The notes under the pieces: model-generated | What the model was told of the DNA's origin: nothing | Seen by the model: only the letters and a program-made list of their open reading frames with translations | Databases searched by the model: none | NCBI GenBank assembly: GCA_047495785.1 | Contig: JBLDXI010000010.1 | Location: 1,488,001-1,552,000, forward strand | DNA: 64,000 nt | DNA from: Lepidodermella squamata | Lineage: Eukaryota; Animalia; Gastrotricha | Reading direction: 5' to 3' | Shown: piece by piece, positions 27,701-41,287 of the stretch | Layout of the letters: each line of letters opens with the position of its first letter | Numbering within the stretch: position 1 is the first letter of the stretch | Program-made: the position numbers and the translations under genes

Positions 27701-29167
27701 AAGTAACAGCGACGAATTGCCATTGCTGATATGTCGCGCAGTTGCCGTATTGGAACGCATCTCCGGCCGGATTTCTGACGTGAACATACAAAGAATTTGC
27801 TCCGCCTTTCTGGAAAAAATTAGCGCCCAAGTCGCCTTCAGCGGGGTAATCAAATGTCGAATTGGTAAATTGATATAGTGGGAGGTCGGAAGTTGACTGG
27901 AAGTTGATAAAAGCAGCAAATGTCCATTCCCCGGCCCCACGGACGAGAAGATTCGAATAAACAGTCAAATAAGAATTCGCCTTCATGTAGATGGCAGATC
28001 TAGGGGCTAGAAACGGCCCAGAAACGTGATTTGGAGGATCAGGCACGGCAATCGTGTTAAGCTTGTTAGGTCCAGCATCCAGCCGCCCGTAGCTACTCGT
28101 CATGGGCCAGTAGGCTATCAATCCGGGTAGCTTCGCGAGTTGGGCATCGATAAATCCTGTATCTATTGCGGCAGCATAATCTAAGGAAGGAAACGTCCTA
28201 ATGCTTTATAGTGATCAGACATTTTCAAACTGGTATTGCAAATGCCGCCGTAATAGTTTGCCGTACACTTGCATATGTCCTTGCCAATGCACGTGCCGTT
28301 GTTGGAACACGACGGAGAACAGGCTCCTGAGAAAATATTATAGCTACATCAGGCCATTATTTTTCTAATTGATCAATTTACCAGTAAAAGTAGTACAAGC
28401 AAACTGATGGAGCTTTAATTCATCCAAGGTCAGAGCTGTTGAATGGAATCCACCGCACATCACTCTAGCATGTGAATCCGTGTTAGGACTCGGGGTGTCC
28501 CTTAAAAGCAGGATTGAGCGACGCCCATAACCAAAATTTAGAGGTCAAACCTGTATCCAATGTAAACTTTGTTAGTCGTGACGATTCTTGAGGCTGGGTA
28601 TGGCATAACAGCTACAGATGTGAAACTTCCCCTGCAGTACAGTCGGATCGTACCGGCATAAGCGTCGTAAGTAATGGCGATAAGCTGAAGCCCAGATATA
28701 TCGCATGGGTAAATCATCCATTCCGAACCGGGCGGGCCATTGACGCCGATGATGTTATCGCCTGTTTGCCAAACGTAGAACCCGTACGTATTACCAGCGG
28801 GTGGATCATCGTATTCCATCAATGGGAAAACATTCCTTGTACCAGTGTCAATTATCTGGGTGTAGGTCCATGACGTAGCTCCGAAGTTCAATCGCGGGTC
28901 TGTTATCGTGATGTAACGACCGCTCTTTGCGCTGTACGATCCGTCAGTATCACCATTGAACCCATCGTCAAAACTGCTAGCCGTCGTGCTGGAAAGTACG
29001 CTATTCAACTTGTAAGTCGTTTTCGCGTCATTGCCTAAGGCCGAAATGCTCCAAGGCCAATAAGCAACGCAGCTATCGAGGGAAACCAACGCAGCGAAAG
29101 CTAGATCAGCGTCTGCTTTCACGGAGGACGCCAAGCAAAGGAGTGTACTCAAGCTTAATAGAAACAT
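21703..29167 (-). CDS. Copy C: complete LamG x5-EGF-ShKT x2-Sushi x5-TM protein
   Basis: ATG 29167 (MFLLSLSTLLCLASSVKA). Same exon series as A and B. C-terminal exon nearly identical to copy B. Confidence 0.9.
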
Positions 29168-29645
29168 TCTTGGAACAATTATTGTTTGATATTCAAGTCT
29201 TAAATGGGTGCCGTGACATAATCAATCAACTGTTGCCATGCATTGCGGCGTCTAACAAAATAAGAAAAAAATAAGAAAAATTACGACGCTAGGCGTCTCT
29301 ATCATTTGATTCGTCCCTTTACGAAAGTTCTAGCAAGAATTCGAGAGCCGGCGGCAAATGACATACGTGAGACAATTCGATTTTTTTGAATGAGTAATTT
29401 ATGATGATTTCTTGTAATGCATGGGTATTTCACAGCCATCGAAATAGAAGAGAATGCGCTTTTGCAGGTGTTTATGAATTCGGACCCACGGGTAAAACTC
29501 ACGCTAACTAGCGGCAAGGTGTGAAAGTAAAAATATGCATGCAGAAAGGCTTTTATTCTCAGAAATCAACTTAATAAATGCCTGACTGCGAAATAGATGT
29601 TTCCTTATGCCTAATCAATATAACAAATATATCGGCCGATGGCAA

Positions 29646-32600
29646 TCATTCGGGTTTGAAATATTGCTTTTTCGGGATTAAGGCTCTCGGGCTTTTCTCG
29701 AGTAAGGCTTTTCTCGAGTTGATCGACCAAGTTTGACCTCTATAAATCGAGCCTTCTGGCGTGTCCATACCGCCTTCGGTTCTTAAGGGAGCTGTGACGC
29801 TGAAATAAGACCCGCCGCTATACGTTCTCTCTCGAGGTTCTATCATATCGAGCGATATTGTTATCGAGACATTGTCACCGCCAGCAGCTTGCGCAAGACC
29901 AGCTGCAGCTAACTGCCGTGCGTCTCTCTCAGTCTCAGCAGCTTTCAGTGCTGTCTCAGTAGCGATTTTAGCACGGATGACCTTTCGAACGTTACGCAGT
30001 TCCTTGATTCGACTTTCGTCGCGAAGCCTCCTCCTAAAGTGGCTGAAGTTATGCCTAAGGCGCCTCATTTCTCGATCCAAGGTCATGTAATCAAGGCAAA
30101 CAACAACTCCTAAGAAAAACATCATTAGCGATAGAACTGTCGTCCCAGTTGCTACAGCAGAGGCATCAGTGAACGTTGTATCGTTTGTGTATCGAGCTAC
30201 TATCGCTTTCTGTAAGACATTTTGCACGCATTTCACCTCCGTTTTTGCCCAAGTGCCGTTTTCTGTACATGACCAAGTAGCAAAAGGCGTGGTTTGATTC
30301 CGCGCTGGTTCAAATCCCTGATTCCAGTCGCACTCCATCAAAAGCATGCTGCCGTAAAAAAGATTGGTCAGTTCTGATGATGAATTCAAAATGTTCATCA
30401 ATGCTATTTCGTATTTGACCGGTTCCGGGCATTGAACAACTTTGAAAAAACTCAATCATGAGGTATCTCTTCTAAAATCAGAGGCTCATACGTAAACAAT
30501 GCAGATCGTTGGTGGTCCACTGGCCGTATTCATCGCAAGTTTTGACAACCTGCTGAAGGGGCGTTGATTCAGTCCCGGGTTCAACGTAAACACTCGTGGC
30601 TCCTTTTGAACATGTTACTGTTATCATATCGTTGTATACATAATAATTAGAATCCTTTAGTCCGACGGTCACGGAATAAGGTTCAATCACAGGGGCAGGG
30701 CATTTAGCAACTGGGTTGAAATGAAGGTAGAATTAGGCTGAGGACAGGGCGAAATAACTCACTTGAACATTCTGGACTACCTTTCGGTAGCCATGATCCA
30801 TCGCTCTGGCAGGTCTTGACAAACGCATTTAGCCCGCTAGTTGGAACGTTGCCTTTAATACAGGCGTAAACAGCCACCCCACCGGTCGAATTCGACGATA
30901 CTTTGTAGGAGACATTAGTTCCGGGCTCAAGAGAGTCACACGTCGGAACTGAAAATCAGAAATAGACACAGATTTACGATGTAATGAAATGACGTACAAA
31001 TGCATTCCGGAGGATTATCAGCCCATGACCAGCCAGACTTTGTCGCAAACGTGCAAATTGCTTTGGCGACCGACGCGCCAGATATAATGTAATCAGGCTC
31101 ACAGCGATAGTAAATGGAATCGCCGTAGAAGAAATTACTTGGCTGGGTCACATTCACGGCTATTCCATGAGAGATGACAGGTGGGTCCGGGCAAGTTTGG
31201 GCTGAAATGAATTCATTTGAGATACATTCATTTGAGCAGGACACAGAACCTACGCAAGCATTTAGGCAGTTGGAATCCTATTTGAAACCAATTTCCAGTC
31301 GTAGCATTCGGCGTGAATGGGTCGCAAATATGATTTGCATTGTTCAATTGACTATCAGCCACATAGCCAGGATTGCAGACCACGGAGGCATACTGCAGAT
31401 AGGCAGATTTACCCACAAACCCAGAGGGCTGATCGAACGCCATTTGCCACTTAGAATTAGCAGGGAGGGCTATATGTAGTGGGGTGTTAGAACAAAAATT
31501 TGTCGTATTCTGACGTCTCCCGCATGAAAATGGGCAATTTTCTTGGACCATGCTGTCGGTTTCGCATAGCCCTAACGAAGCCCATTCGCCGCAAGTGCAG
31601 TTGGTATCAGTGATAGGACCCGAGGGTTGAGGATCGCATTCACAGGTCGCATATGACGTGCAAGAGGTTTGACATGAACTCCACATGAATGCTAAGGATA
31701 ATCAACAGTTTTCGATTTCTCGCGCTGAAAATAAAGCTTACATGGATTCGCTAAGCAGTGACCTTGGTTCATCCAGTTAAGACAAGATGAGGATGAAAAG
31801 TCAGGTCGCGTGGAATTGCATTGGTTGCTGCCAATGCTGTTGGAACATGTATCAGGGGCTACACAGACTTTACCCCCAGTGCAGGGTACAGAGCAAACAG
31901 CTTGAAAAGTCGGGTTGTAAAAAATTAGAGCAAAATCAGGAAAAATCTCTTACGAGTTGCGCATTGATTGTCAGATCCGCTCCAGCCAGGCGGGCAGATG
32001 CAAGTATTAGATGACGTACAAGTTCCTCCATTGTGGCATGGAGGGTCGCAATTCGCTGCAGGGAATAAGATTTTCAAGTTTAAAAGCAGTTCGAACTCAA
32101 CTTACGGTCATCGCATGACGGACCACTGAACAAACTCGTGCACTGACAAACATTGGGCGCAACGCAAGTACCGCCGTTGTTGCATCCAGTTGGAGCACAG
32201 GAAGCTGAAAATCCTTACCTCTAAAGCATCGATCCACATTTTTATAAAAGCATACGCATGTTGCACAGTGGCCCAGTCCAGCCAGGTTTGCAGCTGCAAA
32301 AATTAGCCCCAACGCAAGTTCCGCCATTTTGGCACGGCAGATCGCAGGTAACTTGAGGACCAATACAATAACGAAAATGTACTACTCAGAAAATTCGTCC
32401 TTACATGAAGTGCAATCATAACCACTCCACGCATGGGTACAGCTACTGCATGAGTAGCCGGCTGGGCTCGAAAAATCTAGTCGGCAAGTTCCAGGGGTGC
32501 ATTGATTCGTAGCTTTAGCCGGAGTTAGAGGACACGTGACCTCTATAAGGAACCACAATTAAAACCACTGGGACTCATCATTCATTACAATACCTGAATT

Positions 32601-33353
32601 GTACAAAGGACAAATGGTTTTGATATTCATCAAATCATCGGCTGTAAGCGCTGTTTTGTAGATGTGAAGACAGGCGAATTGAAAGTCTTTCCCGAAGTTC
32701 GATGAAGTTCTGGAAACTAGCCCGATATACGATATGAAAAACTTACGAACAAAACCTTACCGATAGCCGAGGAAGAGCTTTTCTGAAGTAGCTGGAGATG
32801 ATGCTTGAAGTACAGGCTGGCTGAATGTATCATTACAAAACAGTCTCAACTCTCTGCTGATGTCGTCGTAAACCAGGGCAACAAACTGCCAGTCACTTAG
32901 GGAACAATTCATCTGAACTGCCCCTCCATTTATCGGATTGGCGATAAGGCTATTTGAAGTTGGATTATGCCATAGATTCGCACCGAAACCTCCATTCGGC
33001 AGGGTGTATTCGAGAATCGGACCAAGTTGACCTTTCGTATTAACGAAAATCGCCATGGTCCACGATACAGAGTTGAAATTGAACTGAAAAGATGTAAAAT
33101 TCAAATATTGTTGCGAGCTTCCAGTCTCAAGTGCCGTATTCAGGGCTCCAAAAGGTCCAGTGACTGGGTTAGCCTTATTTGTAGCGAATCTTCCGTCGAT
33201 CTTATTGCCAGACCCGTCCGAAACTCCAAACTGGCCCGATAACGGGTAGAAAGCTAGCGGTTGGATGAAGCTGTTGTAGTAGGTGACCAAGGTCGAGTAG
33301 GCCCCGAATGCCAGATTCGGGCCTAACGCCAGAAAAAGTAGGACGTGAATCAT
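29646..33353 (-). CDS. Copy D: more divergent, shorter paralog (single LamG, EGFs, ShKT, Sushi, TM)
   Basis: ATG 33353 (MIHVLLFLALGPNLAFG). One LamG module (AFYPLSG...LFLGYR). HICDPFTPNATTGNW Sushi, TM AVATGTTVLSLMMFFLGVVVCLDYMTL and EGGMDTPE tail motif are shared with the other copies. Confidence 0.87.
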
Positions 33354-33735
33354 TTTTAGACTGCAATCTTATTCGGCTGAAACCAGCAGCCAAAATATGA
33401 AGAATAACAAGCTAGAAAGTTTCTTAGCAGCTACCAGCCAGCCCCAGGTTCGACCTGTTGTAACAACAAACGCGAATTGCGTCTTCATAATTGATGAGGG
33501 AACCTATATAATTGCGTCACCACTAAGAAAACACGCGATTTGATTGAATATAAAACGACGACATGTCCGGGTAATTCTTTATTTTTTTTATTTATAAAAA
33601 TTTGGGCAGTTTCAGCTCAGCGCGTTCGGCAGCTTGTTGACTAGCCTGAAATAGCATGAAAACAAATCAGTTAACAGTTCGAAAAAATCAAGCTTTGAAG
33701 CGCAGGTTTTTAAATCAATGGTAAGCGGGCTGCAT

Positions 33736-36700
33736 TCAGATTTCAGCCAAACTTTTCAAGCTGTAGGTAAGAGCTTGGCGCAGCTCTTTGTCCAGTTTCG
33801 ACAGCTCTCGTTCAATGGAGCAGCGGTAGACCCTCTCCACGTCTGCGCTGGGGTCTTCCGAAGCCCGTCTATGATCGAAAGTTGAGCCTACAATCAAATT
33901 GAACGTTTCGGTCGAAGCGTCGCTCCTATTTGAGACTTGGCTGTGTCTCTTCTTATAGAGATTTGAAGCCTGAGTCGTATGTTGAACGGAAATGCCGTTC
34001 TCCCGGACTTCATGCATGTCATCGACTTGAGGCATAGATCTTCCCTGGATCAAGGACGTCCGATGCATGACCTTGTGCTTAGCCCAGCGTTTCCGGATAG
34101 CTATTTCTGCAATCCCAGGATGTGGCGATATGCTTCGTATAACAGCTAAGGATTGATTAATGAGCTGCTCACTCCGAACCGCCAAGATAGGCTGTGGTTC
34201 TTTGCGATTTTCATTGACAAGTTTTATCAACTTCTCAAGTTGTTCGATTCTGTTCGTCAGCTTGTTCAGTTCGTTCCGAAGCAACGTGTTTTGCGTTAGT
34301 AGCCCCTGAGCGCTTATCGGCTCGTGGCGAGTGATATTCAACCGCCTAGTCCCGCCTTGTTCGATGAAGACATCCGAGCAGAGAATGGTTGATTCGCGTT
34401 TGTGTACAGCGATAACTTTTGGTAGGAAGTTCAGCAAGAGACAGATGGTGTTTGCGCAGATTACGATAGAAACGTCTAGTAGGTAAGTTGCTACGCCACT
34501 GTGGGATAGCCCTACCATGTGAATGACTGCTACCGTCAAAGCCGATAGCACGATGATGTAAGAGATCGCTCCTATAAATTAGGAAACCATAGATAAACGT
34601 TTTTCCTGGATTTTCTTGGTATTTCAGAACATGGCAATTTGAGACTTGGTTGAAAGCTTGCGAAAAAAAAACTGAGGATACAACGGATCCTTGAAGCTCC
34701 CTCTGAACCCAGAACACCATAAAACAAAAGGGGGACTTCAGTCATAAAATTTGGCCTCGAAAATACCTCCAAGTTCGAAGATCCTACTTCGCGCACTGGT
34801 CAAAAGCAATTGGGCTCGGCGGATGAAGCAGGATCCTCGAGGTGGGAGGGGGAGGGTACGCTTGGGCATTTTTAGCCCCGAATTTATCTGGCTAAAGGCT
34901 TGAGGGGGCTTTTTGAGTTTTCTTGTCTGGACCTCTCGAGGTGGGGATACGGTAACCCCCGTGGTACTTTGCACACCGGTTTGACTCACCTATGAACTTC
35001 GCATCGTTGAGGACCTTAATTTTAACACCGGATATGCGCCAAGCCATGAACAGGCCAAATGAAATGAGCAGCAGCTTCCACGAGCAGCAGAGGGCGAAGA
35101 ACATGCTCGAATGGTCCGTAGCACATTCTACTGATTGGTAAGTGATCAGCTGATCATTCTCAGGGTCGTAGTACTATAAAGCAGGACAATTTTGTAATTT
35201 TGAGTTATAGGATGATATAGGATACCTTGGTCTCGTTTTGCTCGTGGAACTGGAAACCAATGACCTGCGACCAAGAACCGACCATAACGACATCAAGCAC
35301 TATCGCAAGTAGTACGACTATTATCAGCCTTTCGTCCCGAAGGAAGAACTGCTTCTTCAATCCGCCGTGGCCCATTGAAGTCGTAGCCATGTAAATTTTG
35401 TAGGTCCTGAGTGCCACGGAGCAAAACGTGCATGAAAACCCGCAGAATAGGAGCAGGTATCGAATCAGGCAGTTGACATTCGCCATAGCGGCTGATTCCA
35501 CGCCGGCTTCATCGGCGCCGAAATGCGTCTGAGTGTCCCAGTCCATGTTGTAGAAACTGGCCGAGTGGCTAAGGAAGGGCAGCAGCAGGTACAGCATGGT
35601 TGAGCCGAGGGCGAAAATGCCAGTCAGGGTGGGCGCGCTCAGCTTGATGATGCGTTCTTTCCGATTGACAACCGTGAATATGAAGAATGAAATTGAGAGG
35701 AAAGCGCCACATCCAGTGGCAAAGTAGACTAATCCTGTAAGCCATAGTGGAGTAGTGTGACGCCTATTTATTAAAAAAGAAATATAAAAATTCAGAAAAA
35801 AATAGAAGAAACTAGAAAAAAAGAAAGCAGTGATTGATAATGCCTAAATAGTTAGTTTTTGGAAATTTTCACAAAAAATTAAAAATTAAAAGAAAATTGA
35901 ATTTCTTTGAAATTTTCCATTCGGAAGTTGAAATTGAAAATGTAACAGTGAATTAATTTTTTTTATTTAGCTCACTCGATGTGCTCCATGATAGCGTCCT
36001 TCGGGGGCCTGCCCATTCGCCAGTCCAGCTGTCGGCAGTTTTCGCACTTCGTCGTCGATAGCGCATCTCTGAGAGGGTGATACATCATAACCGGGATCAT
36101 CGACGAATCTATGAATAAAATCAGCTTTCAGCCAAAAATTGTAGTTGCACCGCAAATTTTTACTCTGAATTTGATAAATCCTAAAAATAGGCCGTCTAGC
36201 ACCATCTTCCAAAATCATCGGGCCCTAGATGCGCCAATAAATTTCAACAAATTCTGGAAAATTATGAAAATAATACCGAAAGGCAATCGAGCAGCAGCGT
36301 ATTCGAATCGATAATTGAGGCATTTTTTGCTTTGGATTCAGCATTTAAATATTTATTCGGGATCTGTAAGCTCAAAATGTTAAACGTTAACTTTTTATTT
36401 TTTTTTAATTTCAGACCAAGTAAATTTGCTCCTCAGCTCGGTAGTGGACGATTCGCCTTCCCTTCGAGTCGAATGGCGATCTAGTTAACGGTTTTCGACC
36501 CTTCCCTCGCTCGACTAAGGACGCCATCAGCCAAACAGCGTCCCAGGCTTGTCGCATTTCCCGCGTCATTTTCTGAGCCTTGGGTGCTGTTCTACATTGC
36601 GCTGGCTGAAAGATGAAGGATGAATAAGGACATTAAAACTCATTTTTGCTTACCTTGAATAGCTTTGATGATAGTTTCTCGGAGTTAATGCCGCTGTGTT

Positions 36701-39700
36701 GGCGGCTAGTGTCGATGACGAAGGAAGAATCGATGAAGGACTGCGTTGTTTGATCGCCATCTTCCAGTTTGGCGAGCAGCGCCGGGCATCGGTGGATGCT
36801 AGTTGTTGTCGAGTCGTCACGCAGCCAATTAGGCGAGAATGAGCCGATAAATATCCACACCAGGGCTGAAAACGGCCGATTTAGCTGTAATGGGAAAAAT
36901 TGTAAAAAAAATCGGAAAAATTGGAGAAAAATCTTAAATACCCGGCATAGCAGTTCTATAGCACTGGTATCGTCTAGAAAAGCTACGACAACGCGGTAAA
37001 AAATATTCTGGAAAATTATTGAAAAAATAATAAAATTTCCGCAATGTTAGTTTGTTACATTAAGCAGTTCGATGTGTTCATCTTGCAGCAGCATTGACTG
37101 GTTAACAAAATCAATTTTGATTGTTTGAGCTACTTTAATGCCATGCAGCTCGGCAATGTGCTCAAAATGAGCTATTCTCTATTAATCAGCAGGAGAAAAA
37201 TTTGAAAATATTCAGCGAATTATTGGCGAAAAATTACCAAATCCGTAGGGTCGTTAGTTGAGTTTGTTGAGGCGATAACTAGGGTGACGTGGGTCCAATT
37301 GAAGGTTTTCACGAGTTTGGCCACAGCCCAATGGTAGTCGGACGAGGTAAGGCCTATTCGAACCAGCGAATTGTATGACGTCGGCGACAAAATCAACGGC
37401 GACGTTTGAGCATAAGAAATCTAGTCATAAAAATCTCATCAACTCAATTGTCACGGAAATGATTGAAATTATTCCCGATAATTTTTCTCAATTTTAAAAT
37501 AATTTTTAAAATTTTAAAATTTGTTTTTCAAATTTTAATGAAATAAATTTAATTTGAAATTTGAAAAAAAATTAAAAATTTCTGTTTCAATATTCAAAAA
37601 TTTGAAATACGAATTTCAATTTTTCAAATTTTTCAAAAAATACCCAGGCATGGAGTTCCAATGTCTAGGTAATTCAATGTTAATTTTGGGACATTTCGAA
37701 AATTCGGCGAATTATTTTGGAATTATTTTGAACTCACCACAGGTATCCGGCGAAACATAGCAACCTCAATGACGGCCTTATTAAGACTCTCCCTAGTCGG
37801 CCCGATAACGTAATCAATGCCGCGGCCAACTCGCATAGCGTTGTCGTGAAAGAACGAAAACAGCGACATCATAGTATCGCCTATCGAATCGCTTGTATCG
37901 TTGAAGAAAAACCGCAGCCGTTTGAACCTTATCGAGCGGTTGCTGCGCGTCCGGCTCGCCAGGTACGTATTAGCGGCCTTGGCGGCGTCGACGATGGTGC
38001 CGAGGCGCTGGCACTCATCGCCGCGCGTCATGTCGATGAGCACGCCGACGTTGATGGCGTCGTCGCGTGACGTCACGTGCGCCGCGTTGTCGCGCCGCCA
38101 TCGCGACAGCGCGTCCGCGCACGGCCGCAGCGCGCGTTTCGGGACAACGAGCGGTGGGGGTGGGCGCGAGACAGTTCGCAGGAGGCTGCGTCGTATTAGA
38201 TTTGTTGCTAGAGCCGAGTCGGATGGCCGCGTGACGGCGAGGGCTGAGGATGAGTTCGACCTGGCTGATTCGCCTGGCACAGGCAGTTGCGCAAGTGTGA
38301 TGACCAGAAAAATTGTCTAAAATAGCCAAAAAAAATTGAGGAAAATTACTACAGCCTCTCCATATGTTGCGCAGCCATTTTTCAACTTTTTGTATGAATT
38401 TCAATAATTTTCTTTACCCGTTAAAGCCCAGAATGTTTTCGGAAAAATATTTCCCTATTGACACGTGCTTTCCCGATAGAGAAAAATTCGGGGATTAAGA
38501 ATCTAAAAACCGCATATTTTTATCATCTACCGTTATTGAGATATTCCAGTGCCAAGTTGTCACGTGACCTTACCTTTTGTCACACCTGGACGATTATCTC
38601 AAGAACGCTAGGAAGCCGCTCTCAAAGAAAAAGTTCATCAGCGTAATTAGATCTATCTGGAAATGCATTCATAGGTGGGTCATAGGTGATACTTCGTGCA
38701 AAATCGATTTTGAGGACACTTTAGTGCAGTTTGGTGACAGTCCCAAAAAATGGCACCTAGCTCATCACCAAACCTACGAGACACTGGTCATTTATCCGTT
38801 TTTCCCGAATTTATACGATTTCCCAGCGCGGAGATATGCCTTTTAGACACCCTGGGGTTGTAGTCACCCTACAGGATTTTATAAATATAGGGTGGCAAGA
38901 AAAGATGCCGTTGGGCTTTAATGGGTTTAATTAATTGCTATTAAACTGGAGATTCTTCCATCATTTATCAGCGATTTCTTACAATTTTTACAATTTACCG
39001 GTGAAAACCCGGAAAACCCGATAGTAACTGATTTGGTATTTTTTCGGTATTTTACCCGGTTAGCAAAATTTCTTTAATTTTCAATATTTTTCTGGCCATG
39101 ATATACAGCGTAGTCAATAAATGGGTTTCTAACCCCCATGATTCTACCGAGAGATTCCATCCTTTATCCCACTTTAGCCGAGGAGAAAACTTTACCCGAG
39201 AAAATCCCGATGGCAGCTGGTTCAGTAATTTTCAGTATTTTACCCGGCTGGACGAAATTTCTCCTCTCATTTTTAATCCCATTGACAAGTGATATACTTA
39301 ATTACTACTCTCGTGATTTTTTTGTATTTTTCTAAACAATTTCTATAGCTATGAGATGCGACTTCGTCTCTCACTTTAGAGATTCTGAACCCTTTTTTGC
39401 TTGCCTAATTTAATAATTAAAAATAGTTAATAATTTAATTTAAAGCAATTTCTATAGAATATTTCAAAACTCGCCATAATTATTACGGAATTTTTCGCCA
39501 AAAAAATTGCGAAATTAGCCTGCTATTTTTTCCTAAAAGTGAAAATCAGCAAATTCAAAATTCGAAAGCTCGAATGAAATCGAATTTAGTTTCATCATCC
39601 CAATTTCCGAAATTTCAGAAAAATCAATATGGAAAGTTATGAATCATAAATTGCGATAATTTAAGGTTGCGATAATCCTGTACATGATTTCGAAGCGATC

Positions 39701-39824
39701 AGGTCAATTTGCTCACTTTAATGGCCGCAACATTGTTGAAATTAGGCTGAACAACACTAGACCAAGTCGTTTTTCTGGAGGCGGCAGGTTGTTGCTGGCG
39801 ACAAAAATGATGCTGGATCATCAT
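33736..39824 (-). CDS. Multi-exon GABA-B receptor-like class C GPCR
   Basis: Proposed exon 1 (ATG 39824, MMIQHH...AAIK/gtgag) splices in phase to ~38316 (TIFLVITLAQL). VFT exon INVGVLID...VIGP. TM region RKERIIKLSAPTL, LRTYKIY, ECATDH, WKLLLISFGLFMAWRISGVKIKVLNDAKFIG, NFLPKV. C-terminal coiled coil LLRNELNKLTNRIEQLEK. Internal exon boundaries are approximate. Confidence 0.82.
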
Positions 39825-40569
39825 GCTGACTCGTGAGCTGGAGCAGTGCGATCGGCGGCAGCGGCGCGTGGCGCGGCATTATTATCAATATTTGATTTTA
39901 GCGACCGCGCAATAACTTCCACGGCGAGGATGGCGATGATGATGATAGCGGGCTATTTCTCACTTTTTATTAATAAAAAGATAACAATGCGCTGTTTCCT
40001 GAGCTGTGAATAGGCCACAAGTCTCAACTACTGGCACTCAGTCTACTCGATCCGTTCAAGTTATTATTGGCCAGGAAACGGGATATTGCTGAGCCGAAAT
40101 CGGAGAACTGCGAAAGTTATCATGAGAATAATAAAATAATATCATTTCTAAATTGGTGAATTTTACAAGAAAAAAGTTGTGAGCGCGAGGCACCTAAAAA
40201 CGGCTCATTTCAAGGGATTATACGGGGTGAAACAAAAATCGATCTTTGCCCTCGGTTTATTTTTGAAATATAGCCAAGAGTTTAAATGTAGCGCTTAACG
40301 TCTAAACACCTGGATTTCAACTTGCAAATCTGAGAGGTATATATAAAAAAATAGATAGCAATAATGCGATCTAGTGCTTTTCTATTGATTTCGTCAACAT
40401 TTTTGTGTACAGGGTGCGTAAAAACTGATTGCTGAGTGTCGACAATTTTTGGGGCCGCCCTCTTCTTCAAATAATGTACCATATATATAAATATAATATG
40501 GGATGTAGTAAAAAAATATATCGCTCGCTTAATAATAATGAGAAGAAAACCAACACTTATTCTGTACTA

Positions 40570-41287
40570 CACTTGAAAAAAATAACCCCTGATCAGGGGG
40601 CTGATCAGGGGTCATAGCTCCTAGTCATTACTATAGCTGATCAGGGGGTAATATGCACCCTGATCAGGGGTTATATTGAAATGAACCCTAATCAGCTCAC
40701 CCTGATCAGGGGTCATTTTGCTTCCAATATTTGCTGATAATAATCACCTGTAGCGCCCCTGATCAGCAAAATCAGTAAAATTTCAAATTTTTTAGGAAAA
40801 TGGCAGCCCTTTTCATTTATTATTTTAATATTATTTTTTTGAATAGCCGGTTGATCAAGATCCGCCCACCCTGGTGCCATCCATGCCATCGGTATTATGG
40901 TATGCCACCGGACGCGGCAACTACCTAAACATGGCAGGGTCTCATGATGGCACTTGGTAGAGCCACTTGTTAGAGAGAGAAGGACTTACTGCTAAGTTAA
41001 CAGCTGAAGTAATAGAGTTCGCGTGTGAAACAATACTATTTTTTGAACATATGGACCTTCCGACGCAAGCCTGAATTGAACATGCAGCCTAATTTGCATA
41101 TGCACGCTTGGCTAATTAGCGAATGCACACTTTTGACCCCTGATCAGCAAAGTCATGCTGATCAGCCTGAAATGACATGGATTATCAGCTGGCGACAGTT
41201 GATTATCAGGGGTTGTCCCTTTTTCGTCCTGATCAGCAAAATGGTTTAAACAGCTGACCCCTGATCAGGGGTTAATTTTTTCTAGTG
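40570..41287. mobile_element. CACTA/CMC-like non-autonomous DNA element
   Basis: TA-CACTTGAAAAAAATAACCCCTGATCAGGGG ... CCCCTGATCAGGGGTTAATTTTTTCTAGTG-TA. About ten subterminal CTGATCAG palindromic repeats. Confidence 0.75.

Noticed and set aside
33440-33460. GGTTCGA B-box/T-loop-like motif (similar at ~19672)
   Set aside because: No cloverleaf or A-box; not a supportable tRNA.
37846-38404. Overlapping Arg/Ala-rich ORFs
   Set aside because: By-products of a GC-rich exon with few stop codons.
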